DNA from: Eledone cirrhosa
Taxonomy: Eukaryota
Assembly (NCBI GenBank): GCA_964016885.1
Contig: OZ024741.1
Span: 183,768,001-183,832,000, forward strand
Reading direction: 5' to 3'
Length of the DNA stretch: 64,000 bases
The position numbers and the translations under genes were made by a program. Positions 57,134-64,000 of the stretch are shown in pieces. The notes beneath the pieces were generated by a model, which was given only the letters and a program-made list of their open reading frames with translations, did not search any database and was not told the origin of the DNA. Numbering within the stretch: the first letter of the stretch is position 1; each line of letters begins with the position of its first letter.

Positions 57134-59973
57134 TGTATGTATGTTCGTGCATATGTGTGTATATATTTGGAAATATCTTCAAAGTATCGTATTTTATTAT
57201 CATTTTATCATGATTAATTCATCGAATAAAGTTTTTGTCTTGGATTATCAAACCCTACCCCGTGTATGGGGGACTAATCAGATCATGAAATTTATTCTTG
57301 AAATTAAATTTTGAAATCTTGATCTATGATGGATCCTTCGTCAGTTTCAGCGATGAGCAGTAGTTCAATGAATTGGACCACTTACACGTTAGTTTAGCGT
57401 GTAAGTGACTGAGTATTACATAGACTTGTGCAAGCATAACGTAATTCCCAAGCTGAGTCAGAGCAACGCAAGAGATATACCTGAAACTTAGATTTGTAGA
57501 TACAGTCTACCAGAGGGACTTCCACGCATTATCCATCTACCCTATTTCCCTCACAAAGAACTATCCATTTATTATGTCTGATGGAACCTACACGCAGTCC
57601 ATCTACCTGCTAGAAATATCAGTTAAGTCTCCTTCGAATCACAATTCACTGCTTAGAAACATGGTGTTAGATAATATTGTCCTAGATTTATTATATGTCA
57701 TAAAAATCAGAATGCTTATGACCAAAGTATATTTGATTATATGTTAGCTCGATTAAGGCTGACCTAGTGTTAACATTATAATCCTAATTATAATCATAAT
57801 CATCACCACCATCATCATCATTGTCATACCACCAAGACAACAACAGTGATGACAATGATGGTGGTGGTGTACAACAATAACAACAACTGTTTATTGCTCA
57901 TAAATGTGAACGAATCATATCCTAGAGACCTTGAAAGCCTCTCACCGTTAGCCGGGTCCCGAAAGACCCAATTTTTCGCTTCGATCGAAGCTGGTGATAT
58001 AAAGCAGAATTTCAACTTAGAACGCAAAGAACGGGAGACAATACTGTAAGCTATCCTGCTCGACGCTGAAGCAACCCCCTGATACTTTATTTACCGACCC
58101 CAAAATGATGAAAAGCAAAATTAACTTCGGTGTGATTTGAATGCAAGGCTCAGAGAGCCGGAACAAGTATGAAGACATTCTATCTGACGCTCTAACCCCT
58201 CCACCAATCTACTGTCTTGATAATAAGACCACGAATTTACAGGCAATGAGTTTAGTGGATTTGAAATCTCAGCGTAAAGTCACGTAATTAAATGTTCCGG
58301 CCATATTTGTTCAACGGAATTCGAACTCGGAACGTAAAGAGACGGACTTCCCCACTCATGTGTTTAATCCGCCCTTCTACTGTTTCTGCTGTTTTTAACG
58401 ATAACGTTCTGCTCCGAAATCAACATCGATTTTCTGTTTTGATAAGCTCTGAACAAAATAGGTATTATTAACTGACACTGGCTTTCCCTCAAGGGTTTTA
58501 TGCACTCAGCTTGATATCAGTGATCAGGTAATAAGCTATTCGATTTCTTGTGCAGTGCAATGCGGCGTGTACGAAATTGTTTAGTCGCAAGCTAACTTAT
58601 ATTATTATAATTTTCTTTACTCACTTCAGTAAACGAATCTTCTTGAAGAAAAAAATAAATAAATTCAAGACTGGTATCTTGCTAGCAGGAAAATTTCCAC
58701 GTGCACGCTTGCTTACCTAAACATAGTTACCTGCATCAAATCTGCACCATTTTCGAATTCTACATTGTCTGTCGTGATAGCTGAAGAGTTGAAAATTTAA
58801 CCAACGGCTAGTAATTGTAGTACTGGTCAACTTCCGGTTAGTCTCCCACCAAGAGAGAAGACCACTATTTAAATCTGTTGTGGAATCAATGTTATTTCAG
58901 AAATGTATGATAAATTTAGTCTCTCTTTTTGCCTTTGTCAGCTGAGCTGTAGTGCACATTTATTAGTCAGTTGGTATTATATTTGTCCATCGAGACAACA
59001 TTAATATATATTCTAACATATCACCTCCCTCTAGCTTATTTATCAATTGGAATTGTGTTTAATGATGGGCATTTTGAAAAGTGATATGGCTGAAATCCAA
59101 AATGAATCTTGCTGAAATAACATGACGTCTACCTTGCATCAGTGAAAGAACTATACACTAATGACAAAGCAAAAGAGATAGTTAAGATAAATAGAGGTCA
59201 ATTTTTTTCTTCTTTCTCACGGTTGATTAATAAAAATAGCGGGATTTTAGGACGCAATAGTTGATGGAAATGGTAGATCACCGCCTTATATATACCTTAC
59301 GGCATTTACTTTCCATCCTAAACTCTGTTCTAATCCTACTATGTTCTGGATAATTAATGATCGTAATAATTATATTAACGTATCTTAGAAATACCGTGGT
59401 AGCGCAGTAGATAGAGCGTCCGTTCTCATAATAAATGTTAGAAATCGATAAATCAGGCAGAACATTGAACTAAATACACCTTACAATATTTCATTTCTAA
59501 GGTCTGAGTTCAAATGTAGCCTTATCAGAATTTTGCTTTCTAAGGCACAGCTTTCGAAACATTTCACATTTTGGACTCAATTTAAAAAAAACAAAAGTTT
59601 TCGTGACAAATTAACTAGGTTATGATAGTGATGTAAAATTAATTAAATTAATAAATAAACTGTGAAATTTCACATTACACGCCACCAGTCACATGAGTAG
59701 ATGTACGCAAAGCTGTCAGAGCGCAAATATGCTTCACATCTTTGTAAAAATTGATTAGATTAGACTTAACACAGCTAGAGATTATCAACAACAAAAATTC
59801 TGGTCAATGGGGTTGAGAAAATCGGAACTAGTCAATGGAATATCAGTCGAATATATCCGTCTTTTAGAAAAAATAAACTTGGGCTACGATATTTAGGGCA
59901 GATGGAAATAGGCACAGAGTTTGATAAAAAGAAATGAAATTATGATGTTTATTTATTGTTGCTTTTGTTGCTG

Positions 59974-60149
59974 TAGACCTGTCAACTCTCCCCGTCCGAC
60001 GGGGGCATTTACAATAGCATTTGGCCAGGGTGAGAGATATCTTCTCTTGTGAAAATGGGTATGACTTTCATTATGTAAAAATTCCCTATTTTGGGGCGCT
60101 TTTGTTTCATGGTTTTTAAAGTTTGGGTTTTTCAAGTTTGGTAGGTCTG
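59974..60149. mobile_element. hAT-type MITE (third copy)
   Basis: AGACCTGTCAAC...GGTAGGTCTG ends; TTGTTG-containing degenerate TSD. Confidence 0.8.
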
Positions 60150-60249
60150 TTGTTGTGTAGCTCTAGATCAACTCCGATCCAAGCACATCGAGGATCAAAT
60201 ACGTTTCAGATGTGACCATTATATCAGGAACTACAGTGTTCAACAAGGC

Positions 60250-60698
60250 CAGTATTTCTCAAACGGTGTTCTCCAGAACCCTAGGGTCTCCGCAAGAAGT
60301 CGCTAGGGGTTCTGGAAGGAACTGATAAATAAGCTAATGCATTTTTGAGTAAATTTTGTTTAATTTTATATTCGTAATTTCATGTTCGGCATATTGCAGG
60401 AAAATCCTTGGTTATTATAATAAAGGCTTTCTTCGTGAATGAAAACCTCGGTATGAGGTCTCATGAAGAAGTAGTATGATTTTTGTTTTGTATTGCCAAT
60501 AAATTTGACAGAAAAGGAGTGGGGTCATTTTTTCCTTAAACTAGTTACCCGAAAAAATATATTATGTTTACCACGTGGACTACGATAAAAATATAAAAGA
60601 GAAAGATATTAATAATAGTATACATAATGATTTTTATGCAGGGTTTCCTTGAGACACGAAAACTACTTTAAGGGTTCCACAAAAACTGAAAAACGCTG
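60250..60698. mobile_element. hAT/Charlie-like non-autonomous element
   Basis: TIRs CAGTATTTCTCA / TGAAAAACGCTG, subterminal GGGTTC motifs, right flank ATCTAGAG; left TSD does not match. Confidence 0.65.
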
Positions 60699-61769
60699 AT
60701 CTAGAGCACTCATCTTTATTACAGACATTGGTGGCATATTTTGAGGATTATTTGACTGTTAATGGAGCAGATCGTATGGCGTATATACATGAGCGAATGG
60801 AGCTCTTCGTTTAAAAGGGAGAAAAAGGTTGGCTTGGCCGACATATTTACACAGGTAAAAATGTAAATAACAATTTCTAACACTTGTTTTGATTGTGCAC
60901 AGCAACACAGCCTTATCCTTATATTTATATATTGTTCTTATTACTTTTCCTATGAATTCTTAAATATAACTTTCTCTCTCTCTCTCTCTCCCTTTTTTTT
61001 CCTCTTTCTCTCTGTATATATAATTAGTATACCCTACTCAATGCCACATCTGCCACAAAATTTGCAAATTACAGGAATGTTTAAAGAGACATTTAAAGTG
61101 CATACATCATAGTTCTTGCCAAAACTCACCTTAATTTGTTTGGTCGAAATTTTGCTTCCATGCTTAGTCTAAAACGCCACATAAGACAAAATGCTGGAAA
61201 TAAACTACAGGTGCATTGAGTGACCAAGCCCTGTATTGCATTCAGCAGTCAACTAATGCCGGTAGGTTTTTGTAAAATCTAAAGGAAAGGGATGTTTCTC
61301 TTTGTTGAATATAAGTCACCATTTGGTTGAAGATGTAAATTCCAATTTAGCGGAGAAGTATTTAGAAGTTGGTAAGGTTGCCACGAGTAACCAGGTTTGG
61401 TAGAAAGATATAATAGGAATATCGACAACGACTTTTAGCTTGGTTTTACATTATTTATTAACAGAGGTTGAGCTGGCATGCCAAGAGAAATTAAACAAAC
61501 GAATTAAGATTCCAGAAAGACACGGGCTACAGGCTGAGAGAAGCGTTGCCAGGCCGTGGTTAAATTGTTGTGTTACATATTGGCTAGTGATTTCACGGCG
61601 CAAGAAAAATGGTTGTTTACCTAGCACGGTCGAAGCTACGAGTCGTCTAGCCTGGAAGTGGTGGCGTCCTCAAATCTTTGCGGGCTATTTCTCCCTCAGA
61701 ACGCGTAGGGATACATCCGCTTCTTCGCTGAGCTGAGCCAAATCAATCACAGATAATGTATGTGAGCCC

Positions 61770-62150
61770 GCGGAATGTAGGTCACTACACATCTATCCAG
61801 CGATTCCCTCCTGAGACATTCTAACCACACGCTCATAGTATTAGAGCTGTGATCCCTCAAATCGGAGAAGTAGGGGTTCTACCTGGAGTGGCTCTCTGAT
61901 CTCTGAGCTACGCAATTTATCGAGTAACGTTACTCCAAAGACCCTTCGGATGTACCCCATTTCGGCCGCTTCTATTTGCAGGAAACCCAGGGGTAGACCC
62001 CGAGCAATATCCATGAGCTTCGCTGGTCTCGCTTGGAGATCCAGCTGGATCAGTTGGAGACGGTTGCTTCTGACAGGACCCGCTGGAAAGAGTTTTCGAA
62101 GACTCTGCCCACACGACCCTCTCAGGGATAAGTGAGTGAAAAAGAAATAA
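61770..62150. mobile_element. RTE (Expander/Rex3-like) 3' fragment with inverted 5' half
   Basis: Minus strand: AAEMGYIRRV.GVTLLDKLRSSEIRE.LQVEPLLL..RMSQE. Plus strand: RKPRGRP...LETVASDRTRW...LPTRP*. Confidence 0.85.
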
Positions 62151-62163
62151 CACAATACACACA

Positions 62164-62267
<104 letters not shown>

Positions 62268-62493
62268 AATATATATATATATATATGACTGTTGAAAATT
62301 GCAAACTTGACTGTCACCACAGAATATGAACCTGAAGATTGCGAAAGCATGAAAGTACTTGTTCAATTAACACTTAACATTTAATATTCTACCATATTAT
62401 TTCATTCTAATACCATTGTAAATTTTAAAGGATTATAAATAAAACGAGTAAACCAGACAAAGTTAGAATTCCTTTTATTAATATATATATATA

Positions 62494-62524
<31 letters not shown>

Positions 62525-64000
62525 GACAGAAAATTATGAGAAACCTAAAAACTCTGATCAACCAATACAAAGAACGACTCACTAACAAGGAATTCAGCTT
62601 CATCACAGACTTCACAAGTAAATCCAGCCTTTTCTACAGTATCCCTAAAGTACATAAAAGCGAATTAATAAGTAAGGCATGCAAGGAAGCCACAGACATA
62701 GTCATCAATGTCCCATCACCCAATGATCTCAAATTAAGACCTATAATAGCAGGCCCCGCTTGCGAAACCCACCGCCTTAGCAACTTCATTGATACCCTTC
62801 TCAAGCCCTTTCTCAAACACATCAAAAGCTATATAAGGGACGACCTAGATATGCTCAATCACCTCCCTAATATGCCCCTTTCTGAACAAACCCTACTAGT
62901 GACGTTCGATGTAGTCAACCTATACTCCAACATCCCCCACAACCTAGGAATAGAAGCTATCCAATTCTGGCTGGATAATTACCACAATGAACTCCCACAA
63001 CGCATCAAAAAAGAATTCGTGATAGAAGGACTCAAATTTATCTTGGAGAACAATTATTTTGTTTTCAATAACAAACCCTACAGGCAGAAATCTGGGACCG
63101 CTATGGGAACGAAAACAGCCCCCACTTATGCCAACCTAGTCATGGGATACCTGGAAATCACCCTCTACACTAAAGTCCTAAACAAATTTGGAAACACTCT
63201 CCACTTACACATAGAAAGGAACTGGAAGCGATATCTAGATGACTGCTTCATCCTTTGGCACGAAAACATCGAGAAACTTAAAGAATTTCACACCCTTATA
63301 AATGGGCTCAACACGAATATTAATTTCACGATGGAATACAGCCATCAACAACTCCTTCCTTGACATCCTCATTAAGATTCATAACAAAAAAATAGAAACA
63401 GACATATACTACAAGCCCACAGACTCCAAGCAATATCTTCCTTTCAACTCTTGCCACCCTAGACACGTTAAAATTAATATTCCCTACAACTTAGCCAAGA
63501 GAATCTGTACTATAGTCTCCAATAAAACACCTGTTACTTACGGCTACAAGAACTAAAGGACACACTCATAGGCAGGGACTACCCTGCATCACATATTGAC
63601 AATGGAATCCAACGTGACCTAAAACTCAGTACCCAGGACCTTAGACACCCTAAAGTAAATCAACCGAAACTAAAAGCTCTTCCATACATCTCCACACACA
63701 ACCCCCTCAACAATGAGGCCTTTGACACCATCCTCCAGAACATCTCTGTGTTGAAAAAGGACCATAGAATGAACCAAATCCTACGAACACACGATATCAT
63801 AAAGAGCAAAAGACAATCTAAGTCAATGAAAAACATCCTAACACATGCCAAAGTTCTGCCAACCACAACAACGAAACCCACAGTAAAAAAATGCGATAGA
63901 CCCAACTGTGGCATATGCATCAACCTAATAGAGGGTTCGGAATTCTATTTCAAAGAAGGACAACGTTTTATAGTAAAGCACAATTTCACATGCGCATCAG
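62525..64000 (+). mobile_element. Penelope-like element (Neptune-type) RT-thumb-Zn linker; 5'-truncated in (AT)n, frameshifted, runs off the window
   Basis: FYSIPKVHK, LRPII, FDVVNLYSNI, GTAMGT..AP.YANL, WKRYLDD, FLDI, YYKPTD, SCHP, CDRPNCGIC and FTC; frameshifts near 63355 and 63535. Confidence 0.95.

Noticed and set aside
57300-57345. Minus-strand CTGACGAAG hammerhead start
   Set aside because: No properly placed GAAA after the stem; at best a decayed relic, like those near 23262-23300 and 27410-27450.

Overview
Repeat-saturated, AT-rich animal genomic DNA, intergenic or intronic; I can support no host protein-coding exon. The SINE and microsatellite content suggests an octopus/cephalopod genome (inference). 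Retroelements present: three Tx1/L1-like LINEs (two head-to-tail at (ATT)n), an R4/Dong-like 3' fragment, a CRE-like fragment in a 30-bp minisatellite, RTE fragments plus a short internally deleted RTE family, Penelope-like elements (a Neptune-type RT running off the window end) and many tRNA-derived SINEs. DNA elements and repeats present: nested Helitrons, hAT MITEs, a Tc1/mariner-like relic, a 369-bp palindrome and a pentamer satellite with a 164-169 bp higher-order unit. Almost all short ORFs in the track are microsatellite artefacts. Top leads: (1) two direct-repeat type I hammerhead ribozymes 417 nt apart enclosing an octamer-motif array, a retrozyme/circRNA-like unit (36534-37001, minus strand); (2) an apparent ATT-targeting Tx1 LINE plus SINE system that builds its own tandem arrays; (3) a short RTE derivative with a candidate 5' HDV-like ribozyme.
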